43,760 nt of DNA from Pseudohongiellaceae bacterium (GTDB lineage Bacteria; Pseudomonadota; Gammaproteobacteria; Pseudomonadales; Pseudohongiellaceae): contig JBBDSI010000008.1 of the NCBI GenBank assembly GCA_040905005.1, positions 21,360 through 65,119 on the forward strand, given 5' to 3'. Below are positions 8,773 to 18,694 of the stretch, in pieces. The translations under genes and the position numbers were made by a program. The stretch's first letter is position 1; every line of letters begins with the position of its first letter. The notes beneath the pieces are model-generated. The model made no database searches and was not told the DNA's origin. It saw nothing but the letters and a program-made list of their open reading frames with translations.

Positions 8773-9861
8773 TCACTGACTGGGCAAAGGTATGCCACGC
8801 TCCTGAAAGACTTCCGCCAGGGTGCGAGATCCATTCACACCGGAAGGAAACCCCGCATACAAGGTGAGATGCGCCATCAACTCCGACAACTCCTCAGGCG
8901 TGATGCCGTTATCCAGCCCCCGCCGCAGGTGCACACGCAACTGATCGGTCTGATATGCCGCCTGCGTCATGGCGATGGTGACCAGGCTGCGATCGCGGGC
9001 CGAGAGCCGGTCGGTGCGCGTCCACGTCTCGCCATAGACCAGCGTATCCAGCAACTCATCGAGATAGGGCGCCGCCGGGAAGCGGGCCTCGGGCAGGTCG
9101 ATGCCGCGACCCTCCATGACTTCCTGTGCTACCCGCGCCGCATTCACCCCGGTGGGGAAGCCGGCATAGAAGGTCACGTGGGTGATGATCTCGGCGATCT
9201 CGTCCGGGGTGACGCCGTTATCCAGCGCCCGGCCGACGTGGTAACGCACCTCGGATGAGGCATACAGCGCCGTGCCCACGGCCACGGTGATCATGCTCCG
9301 GTCGCGCGGCGACAGTTCCTCGCGCATCCAGGTTTCGGCATAGACCACCTGATTCAGCAGGTCGCGCAGGTAGGGCGTCTGCGGGAAGGCGCCGGGAAAC
9401 TCCAGTTCGGGATCGGTCGGCGGCTGGCGCGACGAAGCCCCGGGCGGTGAAGTGGGCAGCCCGCGCTCCTCGAACACCTCCGCCGCCACGCGCGCGGCAT
9501 TGACGCCGGTGGGAAAGCCGGCATACCACAGTACGTGGGCGACGATCTCGGAAATCTCGGCCTGGGTCACGCCGTTATCCAGAGCCCGACCCATGTGCAG
9601 GCGCAATTCGTAGGTGGCGTAGAGTGACTGGTTGACGGCCACGGTAATCATGCTGCGATCCCGCGCCGACAGGCCGGGGCGCTCCCAGATGTCACCGTAG
9701 ACGTATTCGTTGCGGATCTCACCGAGATAGGGCGCGGCGTCGTAGGCGCCTGGGGGTGGCGGCGGTTGCTGGGCTGTCAGCGGCGCGGCGATGGTGCAGA
9801 GGAGCAGCGTGATGAGCGCTTGCACGCGGAAACGGAGGCGGAACGGGTTTGGGCGAATCAT
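8773..9861 (-). CDS. Exported protein with three tandem carboxymuconolactone-decarboxylase (CMD/AhpD-like) domains
   Basis: The ORF is 362 aa with a signal peptide (ALITLLLCTIAAPLTAQQ). Three internal repeats of about 105 aa each contain RDRS(M/L)(I/V)T(V/I)A...H(M/V/L)(G/R)R(A/G)LDNG(V/I)T..E(I/L)(S/A)E(I/L)..H(V/L)..YAGFP(T/S)GVN...EV(F/M).(E/G)RG. Confidence 0.85.
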   Translation of the reverse strand: MIRPNPFRLRFRVQALITLLLCTIAAPLTAQQPPPPPGAYDAAPYLGEIRNEYVYGDIWERPGLSARDRSMITVAVNQSLYATYELRLHMGRALDNGVTQAEISEIVAHVLWYAGFPTGVNAARVAAEVFEERGLPTSPPGASSRQPPTDPELEFPGAFPQTPYLRDLLNQVVYAETWMREELSPRDRSMITVAVGTALYASSEVRYHVGRALDNGVTPDEIAEIITHVTFYAGFPTGVNAARVAQEVMEGRGIDLPEARFPAAPYLDELLDTLVYGETWTRTDRLSARDRSLVTIAMTQAAYQTDQLRVHLRRGLDNGITPEELSELMAHLTLYAGFPSGVNGSRTLAEVFQERGIPLPSQ

Positions 9862-10056
9862 GGTGTTTGTCCTGTTTTTATTCCCTGTGAATTGCCATGG
9901 GGTACATGGTGTCGGCCCGCGCTGCCCGGGGCAGGGCGCGGGCGGGCTGGGATCAAGATACCCTGTTAGCAGGCTTGATGAAACAGGGGGCAGGCGGGGG
10001 ACTCGCCGTCATGCCGGAGATTCGCTGACGGAGTCTGTGCAGGTTCCCGACAGAGA

Positions 10057-11064
10057 TCAGGAACAGTGCTGGCCGCTGACGATGCGCGCGGCCTCCAGGG
10101 CGGCCAGGGTCGTGCTGCAGGACGCCATGCCGCGGCGCAGGCTGGCGTCGAAGTACCCGGCGGGTACCGACCCCGCCTGTAGTTTCAGGTGGGCGAAGAT
10201 ACGCCTGCCGGAGAAGGGCGCCGGCACCAGCTTGCCGGTCGAGTCCACTGCGCCGGGCAGCAGTTTCAGACGCACCCAGCCACGCACGTTGCCGCCGATG
10301 ACCAGGAAGCGGGCGTTGTCGGCATCGACCTTCACCACGATGTCGCAGTGGGTGCGCGCGCCCTCGCCGAGTTGGGCGCGGCGCTGGGCGATGGTCCGGT
10401 AGTCAGGCCGGCTGCCGCGGCAGAGCATGTCGCCGGGCTCGACCCGGGTCTCACCGCTGTCGAAGGCGTGATAGGCGGCCTGCGGGTCGCCCCGGTCGCG
10501 GGCGCTAATAGCCTGGTCGATGTAGGCGTGGTGGGCGACGGCGCGGGCGAAGCGCTCGCTCTCGCCCAGCCCGGCCTCGCACATGATCCAGGAGATGAAG
10601 GCAGCCGACCAGGGGTTGCGCCAGCGTGAGTCGGCGCCAAAGCGCTGCCAGCTCTGGTTCTGTTCGGCCAGGATCCAGTCGCTATTGGGCGTGGCGGACC
10701 AGTAGCCGCCGATGGACGCCGCCACCCGGAGCGCCTCGTCGGCGGCGATGGGGGTGCGGCCGCGGCGCCTGTAGGGCGAGTCATTACCGGCGCTGGCAGT
10801 GAGATCGTACAGGCTGTAGCCGAAGAAGGCCCACTCCTGGATCGCCGTGAGTACGATGCGCTCGCGCAGCGATGCATCGGCCTGCATTCGGCAGCCGCGC
10901 TCCACGATTTGCATACTGCCCGGGGCGCCGCTGATGCGCGCCGAAGGGGCGGTGACCTCGAGGAGCGCCAGCGGCAGGCGCGGCGACGCCGTGGCGACGG
11001 GCATTGATGCGCCCGCCAGCGCGAACAGGAAGAGAGCAGAGAAAAAGACTGGGCGTCGTGCCAT
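10057..11064 (-). CDS. Secreted protein, tentatively DUF2272-like
   Basis: I place the start at the ATG at 11064 (MARRPVFFSALFLFALAGASMPVATA, a signal peptide). The listed ORF extends 24 codons further upstream. The motif RNPWSAAFISWIMCEAGL...AHHAYIDQAI resembles what I recall of DUF2272. This family assignment comes from memory only. Confidence 0.6.
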   Translation of the reverse strand: MARRPVFFSALFLFALAGASMPVATASPRLPLALLEVTAPSARISGAPGSMQIVERGCRMQADASLRERIVLTAIQEWAFFGYSLYDLTASAGNDSPYRRRGRTPIAADEALRVAASIGGYWSATPNSDWILAEQNQSWQRFGADSRWRNPWSAAFISWIMCEAGLGESERFARAVAHHAYIDQAISARDRGDPQAAYHAFDSGETRVEPGDMLCRGSRPDYRTIAQRRAQLGEGARTHCDIVVKVDADNARFLVIGGNVRGWVRLKLLPGAVDSTGKLVPAPFSGRRIFAHLKLQAGSVPAGYFDASLRRGMASCSTTLAALEAARIVSGQHCS

Positions 11065-11225
11065 GGTCCACCGAACGCAGGTAAAGCGCAGACTATAGTG
11101 GCAAAGCCCGCCGGAGTAAAACGCCGGGCGCTGCATTTAGCCAGGTCCGCGAGTAGACATGCGGCGCTCGTGCGTTGCCGCCCTGGCTGTGGTTACAATG
11201 CACCCTATTGCCGCAGGAGATACCG

Positions 11226-12638
11226 ATGCCCACAAGCCTGAACGCCCGTCTCACTCCCATCCTGACCCAGGCCCTGACCCTGCTACTCCTGCTGCCGCTG
11301 GCGGCATCGGCACAACCTGCGACCCTGTTCGAGAACGCGCCCGTGATCACGGGCGACGGGCGCCTGCTCGTCGATGCCGATCTGCTGGTCCGTGGCGACA
11401 CGCTCATCGATGTCGGCGACGCTGCGTCATTTTCCCTGCCCGCGGACACCACCCGAGTTGACCTGAGCGGCCGCTTCATCATGCCCGCCCTCATCGACGC
11501 TCACGCGCACCTGGGTTACCAGAGTCCCGACGGCTGGGGCGCCGACTACTACTCCCGGGAGAATCTGCTCGGTAATCTCCGGCAATACGCCTGGTACGGG
11601 TTTGCCGCGGTGTTGTCCGCCGGCAGTGATCCGGAAGACCTGGCGCTCTCGCTGCAGGCCGAGCAGGCGGCCGCCGTGGCGGCGGGTGCCGACGACTCCC
11701 TGGCCGCCTCCGCGCGCTTCCTCTTCGCGGCGGGCATGGGCCCGCCCGGGCAGGGCCCCAACGACGCCTTCCTGGAAGAGACCGCCGTGGTGAGCGCACG
11801 CACCGGCATGACCATTCTGCGCGCTGTCGACAGCCCGGTGGCGGCGATCAGGCAGGTGCGCGAGGTGGCGCGCAAGAACATACCCTTCATCAAGATCTGG
11901 GTGGATGACCGCGGCGGCAGCCAGGACAAGCTGCCGCCGGATCTTTATCTGCCCTTGCTCGCCGAGGCGATGCGCCAGCGCATCGACGTGTTCGTGCACC
12001 AGCAGTACCCGGCCGACATGCCGCCACTGATCGAGGGCGGCGCCAGCGGCTTTCTCCATGGCCGTCTCGGCCCGGAATTGGGGCCCGATATCGCCGCGGC
12101 CATGGCGAGGGAGCGTGTGTTCCTGGTGCCCAACCTGGGCCTGGGTGAGCTGCGCCGGGAGGCCATCGGCCGCGATCCCTTCCTGCAGCCGGTCTTGCCG
12201 GAGCCCGTCGCCGCGCGCCTGGCGGCTACCGGGGGCGGGCGTCTCGCGGCACCGCCGCCCGATCCCGCACGCGATGCCCCACTGGAGACCAGCCTGCGCC
12301 ATCTCCAGGAGGCCGGCGCCAGCATCGTTCTCGGCACCGACGCCGGCGCCCTGCCGGACCATCCCTTCGGTTATGCCGGGCACCGTGAGCTGGAGATCTT
12401 CGTGCGCCTCGGCATGAGTCCCATGCAGGCGCTGGTCGCCGCCACCGGTGCGGCCGCCGCCGAGCTGAAGCAGTCCGACCTCGGTGTCCTGGAGCCGGGG
12501 CGTCGCGCCAGCTTCGTCGTGCTTGCCGCCGATCCACTGGTCGATATTCGCAATACCCGCCGCATCGAATCGGTTTATTTGAACGGTCGGGCAATAGATC
12601 GCGACGTCATCGCAAGGTCGCTACGCGGTGCCCGCTAA
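11226..12638 (+). CDS. Periplasmic metal-dependent amidohydrolase-family protein
   Basis: The ATG at 11226 is preceded by AGGAGA (11215-11220). The N-terminus is a signal peptide (LTQALTLLLLLPLAASAQ). It has the HxH metal motif in MPALIDAHAHLGY and the C-terminal GTDAG...H and LNGR blocks typical of amidohydrolase_1/3. Confidence 0.85.
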   Translation: MPTSLNARLTPILTQALTLLLLLPLAASAQPATLFENAPVITGDGRLLVDADLLVRGDTLIDVGDAASFSLPADTTRVDLSGRFIMPALIDAHAHLGYQSPDGWGADYYSRENLLGNLRQYAWYGFAAVLSAGSDPEDLALSLQAEQAAAVAAGADDSLAASARFLFAAGMGPPGQGPNDAFLEETAVVSARTGMTILRAVDSPVAAIRQVREVARKNIPFIKIWVDDRGGSQDKLPPDLYLPLLAEAMRQRIDVFVHQQYPADMPPLIEGGASGFLHGRLGPELGPDIAAAMARERVFLVPNLGLGELRREAIGRDPFLQPVLPEPVAARLAATGGGRLAAPPPDPARDAPLETSLRHLQEAGASIVLGTDAGALPDHPFGYAGHRELEIFVRLGMSPMQALVAATGAAAAELKQSDLGVLEPGRRASFVVLAADPLVDIRNTRRIESVYLNGRAIDRDVIARSLRGAR

Positions 12639-12686
12639 GCGATCGGTTCGCAGAACGCGCCAACACAGCGCCTAACAGAGGTATCC

Positions 12687-13796
12687 ATGTCAGCAGAACT
12701 CGAGCCCTACCTCAAGGCCATGATAGACAAGGACGCCTCCGATCTGTTTCTCAGCGTCGGAGCTCCGGCGAACATCAAGATCCAGGGCGTCACCGGACCC
12801 ATGGAGCAGGAGCCCCTGACCCGGGCCAGGATGGAGGCGCTGGTCCTCGGCGTGATGAGCGAGAAGCAGAAGAAGATCTTCGCCGAGACCCGGGAGATGA
12901 ACTTCGCCCTGGCGCTGCGCGATACCGGCCGCTTCCGCGTCAATGTCTATCGCCAGCGCGGCGAGATTGCCATGGTGGTGCGCTATCTCAAGTCAAATAT
13001 TCCCTCGATCGAGGAGTTGAACCTGCCGCCGGTGCTGAAGGACCTGATCATGGCGCCGCGCGGGCTGATACTGGTGGTGGGCGCCACCGGCTCGGGCAAG
13101 TCCACCACCCTGGCCTCGATGATCGACTACCGCAACCGCAATAGCACCGGGCACATACTCACCGTGGAGGACCCAGTCGAGTACCTGCATCGGCACCGCA
13201 AGTCGATCGTCGACCAGCGCGAGGTCGGCGTGGACACGCTCAGCTACGCCAACGCCCTCAAGAACGCCATGCGCGAGGCGCCGGATGTCATTCTCATCGG
13301 CGAGATCCGCGATCGCGAGACCATGCAGCACGCCATCGCCTATGCCGAGACCGGGCATCTGTGCCTGTCCACGCTGCATGCCAACAACGCCAATCAGACC
13401 ATCGACCGCATCATCAATTTCTTCCCGGATTCGGCGCATCCCCAGCTACTGCTGGACCTGTCGCTGAACCTGAGGGCTATCATCTCGCAGCGTCTGGTGC
13501 CGGGTATCGACGAGATGCGCGTTCCGGCGATGGAGGTCATGTTGCAGACCGCCTACATCTCCGACCTCATCCAGCGCCGCGCCATCGAGGAGTTCAAGGA
13601 CGCCATGGAGAAAGGCAGGGACGAGGGCATGCTGACCTTCGATCAGTCCCTGTACGAGCTGTACCGTGCCGGCAAGATCTCAGAAGTGGAGGCGCTCGCC
13701 CACGCCGATTCGCGCAACAACCTGACCGTGAAGATGCGCCTGCGCAAGGCCGGAAAAAGTGAGGGTGATGAGTCGGGGCTGACGATGGTGGACTGA
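12687..13796 (+). CDS. pilU: PilU-type type IV pilus retraction-family hexameric ATPase
   Basis: The ORF is 369 aa. It has Walker A GATGSGKST, an Asp box HILTVEDPVEY, Walker B/His box APDVILIGEIRDRET...GHLCLSTLHANNANQ, and a C-terminal FDQSLYELYRAGKISEVEALAHADSRNNL. It is colinear with P. aeruginosa PilU as I recall it. AGAGGT lies upstream of the ATG. Confidence 0.9.
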   Translation: MSAELEPYLKAMIDKDASDLFLSVGAPANIKIQGVTGPMEQEPLTRARMEALVLGVMSEKQKKIFAETREMNFALALRDTGRFRVNVYRQRGEIAMVVRYLKSNIPSIEELNLPPVLKDLIMAPRGLILVVGATGSGKSTTLASMIDYRNRNSTGHILTVEDPVEYLHRHRKSIVDQREVGVDTLSYANALKNAMREAPDVILIGEIRDRETMQHAIAYAETGHLCLSTLHANNANQTIDRIINFFPDSAHPQLLLDLSLNLRAIISQRLVPGIDEMRVPAMEVMLQTAYISDLIQRRAIEEFKDAMEKGRDEGMLTFDQSLYELYRAGKISEVEALAHADSRNNLTVKMRLRKAGKSEGDESGLTMVD

Positions 13797-13860
13797 TGCC
13801 AGTCGCGATTGGTTACCTGTCAGCCGGAGAGCGTTCGGGTCGAAACAGGATGTGTTGGGA

Positions 13861-14895
13861 ATGAAGAGAGAAGTGGCACCCGGCCAGGGTATGATCCAAT
13901 ACACGCAGACACTGGAGGTGGGCGACTTCGTTCCCTACTTCGTCATTGACAATGACGGGCACAAGCTGGACCTGCAGGCGAAGGCGGGCGAGCACCTGCT
14001 GCTGGTGGCCATGGCAGACCCCGACACGGAGGCATTGCAGACCGCGCTGGAGCGGGATGCACCCTATCGCCAGTATTTCATCAGCAAGTCGAATGCCGGG
14101 CTCAGCGCAGGCAATCTGTTTCATGACGAAGCGGTGCAGCGTCTGCTCTCGCCTCGAGGAGAGCGCTACGCAGCCTATTTGTTGAGTCCCAACCTGAAGA
14201 TCATCCATATCGCCGTCGCCGACAGCCTCGATGCACTGCTGGCCGCGGTGCCGGACAGGCAGCAGTTGCAACCGATTCCCAACTGGCTGCCGGTGACGGT
14301 TGTGCCGGACGTCGTCTCCGCCGACCTGGCGCAGCGGCTCATTGCCTGGTTCGACGCCAACCGCGGCAACGCTTTCAGCAACAGCGGCGGCTACAAGTCA
14401 CGCTCGCATCTGCATCCGCCGGCGGAGCTGGCCGCCGAGCTGGACGAGAAGCTATGCAAGTCATTGTTGCCGGAGATCAGCAAGGTCTACTACGCCGACA
14501 TCAGCCACCGCGAGACCTATAAGATCTGCTGCTACGACTCCAGCGAGGCCGGCACCTTCGGCAAGCACCGCGACACCATCGCGCCGCACCTGCATCGGCG
14601 TTACGCCATGACGCTGGTGCTGAATGACAACTTCCGTTCTGGCGGCGTGCGCTTCCCCGAGTATGCCGATGCCGTACTACCAGTGCCGAAATATTCGGCG
14701 CTCATCTTTCCCGGCTCGCTGTACCATCAGGTGACCAAAGTGCGTGGCGGCCGGCGTTACGTGCTGATCAGTTTCTTTTTCACCGAAGCCGAGGCACGGC
14801 ACAAGGCGGACAGCGAGCGCTATCGCTTCACCGTGCGGCGGGATCTGCGCGGCCTGCGCCTGCGTTCACTGATGCCCGGTCCCGGCGGTGACTGA
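13861..14895 (+). CDS. 2OG-Fe(II) oxygenase of the prolyl-4-hydroxylase type, with an N-terminal Cys-less redoxin-like region
   Basis: The ORF opens at a GTG at 13852. The first ATG is at 13861, with AGGA 10 nt upstream. The C-terminal half carries the facial triad and 2OG-binding residues: FGKHRD (HxD), LIFPGSLYHQV (distal His) and GGRRYVLISFF (Arg). The N-terminal LEVGDFVPYFVIDNDGHKLDLQAKAGEHLLLVAM resembles an AhpC/TSA strand-loop but has no Cys. Confidence 0.8.
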   Translation: MKREVAPGQGMIQYTQTLEVGDFVPYFVIDNDGHKLDLQAKAGEHLLLVAMADPDTEALQTALERDAPYRQYFISKSNAGLSAGNLFHDEAVQRLLSPRGERYAAYLLSPNLKIIHIAVADSLDALLAAVPDRQQLQPIPNWLPVTVVPDVVSADLAQRLIAWFDANRGNAFSNSGGYKSRSHLHPPAELAAELDEKLCKSLLPEISKVYYADISHRETYKICCYDSSEAGTFGKHRDTIAPHLHRRYAMTLVLNDNFRSGGVRFPEYADAVLPVPKYSALIFPGSLYHQVTKVRGGRRYVLISFFFTEAEARHKADSERYRFTVRRDLRGLRLRSLMPGPGGD

Positions 14896-15858
14896 GTCAG
14901 CCTGGCGCGCGTAGTAGGGGAAATACTGCGGCAACTGGGTGTGCAGTCCGATGAAGCGATAGTAATCGCCTATCCTGCGGTCCTTGCCCAGGCCGAAGCG
15001 GTCGCGGTTCTCGATGACGTCCTCTTGGTAGGCGGGGTCCACCTGTGCCAGGTCATCGAGTTGCAAATAGTATTTCACCTTGGTCCAGGTGCGGGCCCTC
15101 CACCCTGACGCACGACTGTTGTAGTCGCGGCGGACCTTGTCCGGCAGCCGATCCCTGGTGGTCAGGTACTCGGTGGCGATGGCGTGGCGCGTAGGTGTAA
15201 GGAAATCGAAACCGTGCGTCCAGAGTCTAGCGGAGTAGAAAAATTGCTCGGCCGAGTGCAGGCCGAAGTGGAGGTTGGGGTCCAGGGGTACGGACAGCCG
15301 CTGACGGCAGTCCATGAACAGCATGGCCGCCGTGATGCCGTAGGAGACGACCGGTAACTCCGGGATTCTCACCAGGGAGCCGTGCATCTTGATGTCGTCG
15401 GCGCCCACGTGACGAAAGCGGTTGATCTTGCCGATCAGGCCGAGCTTCTCCTCATCGTTCATGTTCTGGATGTTGATGGGATAGTGGGAGAGCACCGGCT
15501 TTTCCGCCAGTTCCTGGCAGCGCCTGAACTCCTCGATCAGGATCGTGTCCCAGTCCGGAAAGAAGCGGCTGTGGCAGTCGATCTGGAAGAAGAAGTCCTC
15601 GTCCTCGATCAGCGCCTCGCAGCGGGCGCGGGCGTAGATGGGGCCTCTGGCCTCGGTATAGGGCAGGCGATCGACCCGGACCTGGCGAAAGCGGGCGAGG
15701 GTGCTGAAGCGGTCACGCTCCGGATCGTCCTGCAGACAGACGCCGACGTGAATGCGCTCCGGGTGCCGGGCCTTGCTGTAGAGATCGTTGATGGTGTGCA
15801 GCAGATCGCGGTCCATGAAGCAGGCGATGGACACGAAGATGGCCGGGTGTTTGCTCAT
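14866..15858 (-). CDS. GT-A glycosyltransferase of the 'Glycosyltransferase (GlcNAc)' / Gnt1-like family
   Basis: The ATG at 15858 gives MSKHPAIFVSIACFMDRDLLHTINDLYSKARHPERIHVGVCLQDDPE, matching the IFV.IASYRD...G.C.Q start I recall for bacterial 'GlcNAc-transferase family' proteins. A DxH metal motif occurs in FFFQIDCHSRFF, as in ppGalNAc-T/Gnt1-type GT-A enzymes. There is no signal peptide or TM helix. Confidence 0.7.
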   Translation of the reverse strand: MSKHPAIFVSIACFMDRDLLHTINDLYSKARHPERIHVGVCLQDDPERDRFSTLARFRQVRVDRLPYTEARGPIYARARCEALIEDEDFFFQIDCHSRFFPDWDTILIEEFRRCQELAEKPVLSHYPINIQNMNDEEKLGLIGKINRFRHVGADDIKMHGSLVRIPELPVVSYGITAAMLFMDCRQRLSVPLDPNLHFGLHSAEQFFYSARLWTHGFDFLTPTRHAIATEYLTTRDRLPDKVRRDYNSRASGWRARTWTKVKYYLQLDDLAQVDPAYQEDVIENRDRFGLGKDRRIGDYYRFIGLHTQLPQYFPYYARQADSVTAGTGHQ

Positions 15859-15925
15859 GGGCCAAGTATGCAAGAAAGCCGGCGAAAACTCACATGCGGA
15901 TGCCGCAGCTCAGGCGGAAGCAGTT

Positions 15926-16897
15926 TCAGCGACCGCCGCGGCGCATGTCCACCGGCAGACTGACGATGAAGTGGGCGCCGCCGTCGGCTTCGTTTTCCGC
16001 GCGGATAGAGCCACGATGTTTCTTCACGATACCGTGACTGACGTAGAGCCCCAGTCCGGTACCCATGCCGATCTCCTTGGTGGTGAAGAAGGGGTCGAAG
16101 ATTTGCGGCAGGTCCTTCTCATCGATACCCGGCCCGGTGTCGATGAAGTGCACGTGAACCTGCTCGGCGTCGGCCTCGGTGCGGATGGTCAGCGTGCCGC
16201 CGCTGCCCATGGCATGGATGGCGTTGATCATGATGTTGAGGAATATCTGGTTGAGCTGGCTGTTACAGCCGTAGATCGCCGGTAGCTTGCCATAGGCCTT
16301 TTCGATGCGGCAGTTGTACTTCACTTCATTGGCCAGCAGTTTCAGCGTACTGTCGATGACCTCGTTGAGATCACACAGGCGACGATTTTCCGAATCGACG
16401 CGGGAGAAGTCCTTGAGATTGTTGATTATCTCCTGCACCCGTTCGGCGCCGGACAGGCTCTCGCGGATGGAATCCAGGCTGTCGCGAATCACGAAGGCCA
16501 GGTCGTGCTCGCGCGCCAGCGCGATCATGCCGTCCATCTCCGCCCGGTAATCCATGCCCTCGGGATCGGCATCCGCCTTGTCGGCCACGGACTTGAAGCG
16601 GTCGAAGAGCATGTTGACCAGGGACAGGTATTCCTCCAGTGTCTGCAGGTTGCTCTTGATGAAGCCGATCGGATTGTTGATCTCGTGCGCGATACCGGCG
16701 GCCAGCAGGCCGATGGAGGCGAGTTTTTCCTGCTGCACGAGCTGCGTCTGCTGCGTGTTTAGCGTCTGTGTGGCGTTGCTGAGCGATTCGGACGTCTCGA
16801 ACAGCTCTTTTGAGCGCAGTTCCAGCAGCGTCTCGGCTCGCTCGCGCGCCCGTCGCTGCTGCTCGTAGGCATCCTTGTAGTCGTGATCATCGTTCAT
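15926..16897 (-). CDS. Soluble sensor histidine kinase (coiled-coil + HisKA + HATPase_c, no TM or obvious sensor domain)
   Basis: It has the H-box LLAAGIAHEINNPIGFI, N-box FLNIMINAIHAM, G1 IDTGPGI and G2 GTGLGLYVS. I prefer the ATG at 16897 (MNDDHDYKDAYEQQRRARE). The listed start at 17065 would overlap the divergent regulator gene. Confidence 0.85.
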   Translation of the reverse strand: MNDDHDYKDAYEQQRRARERAETLLELRSKELFETSESLSNATQTLNTQQTQLVQQEKLASIGLLAAGIAHEINNPIGFIKSNLQTLEEYLSLVNMLFDRFKSVADKADADPEGMDYRAEMDGMIALAREHDLAFVIRDSLDSIRESLSGAERVQEIINNLKDFSRVDSENRRLCDLNEVIDSTLKLLANEVKYNCRIEKAYGKLPAIYGCNSQLNQIFLNIMINAIHAMGSGGTLTIRTEADAEQVHVHFIDTGPGIDEKDLPQIFDPFFTTKEIGMGTGLGLYVSHGIVKKHRGSIRAENEADGGAHFIVSLPVDMRRGGR

Positions 16898-17030
16898 AGT
16901 GTTGTCGATCGAGACGCCCCGGCGTGTGAATAATCGTCCGCCCGGCTTTCGCCCTGCGCGTGCGACGAATGGGATGGTAACATCCAGTCCTGAAGTAACC
17001 GTGACTATTTTAGCCGAATCGAAGACCTGA

Positions 17031-18455
<1,425 letters not shown>

Positions 18456-18463
18456 TCCCTCGT

Positions 18464-18558
18464 GTGACGCGTGTCACGCAGCCCCCCTGATATCGCTGGT
18501 ATCACACGTATCACCTGATACGGCTGATACGTAGTTGTTACGAGTCTGATACGTAGTT
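18464..18558 (+). promoter_or_regulatory. Cluster of repeated TGATAC/GTATCA motifs, a candidate enhancer (UAS) for the adjacent sigma-54 activator
   Basis: Read directly: GTGAC-N4-GTCAC (18464-18477). TGATAtcgctgGTATCA (18488-18504). A perfect palindrome GTATCA-cc-TGATAC (18508-18521). A direct repeat CTGATACGTAGTT at 18524-18536 and 18546-18558 (22-bp register), each followed by (g/t)TTACG. The cluster sits about 75-170 bp upstream of the -24 element, with an AT-rich spacer (18580-18630) between them. Confidence 0.6.
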
Positions 18559-18632
18559 TTACGTACCGCGGATTTCCAGAAAACCCAATAAGTAGCATAT
18601 AAAACAATGAGATAAGAGATTTTTTGCAAACC

Positions 18633-18648
18633 TGGCACGGTCCTTGAG
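18633..18648 (+). promoter_or_regulatory. Sigma-54 (-24/-12) promoter of the fimbrial-like operon
   Basis: The sequence cTGGCACGgtccTTGAg matches the consensus TGGCACG-N4-TTGCW at every position except the C of TTGC. It lies 47 nt upstream of the ATG at 18695, which has an AAGGAG Shine-Dalgarno sequence at 18683-18688. Confidence 0.7.
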
Positions 18649-18694
18649 ATAGGCAATGTGGATACTTTTTCAATTGCCTCACAAGGAGCAAACC

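Noticed and set aside
9914-9988. GC-rich hairpins downstream of the DUF2272-like gene, considered as terminators.
   Set aside because: The stems are present (gcccgcgc/gcgcgggc and ccctgtt/aacaggg). Neither is followed by a convincing T-tract on the minus strand, so I did not list them as features.
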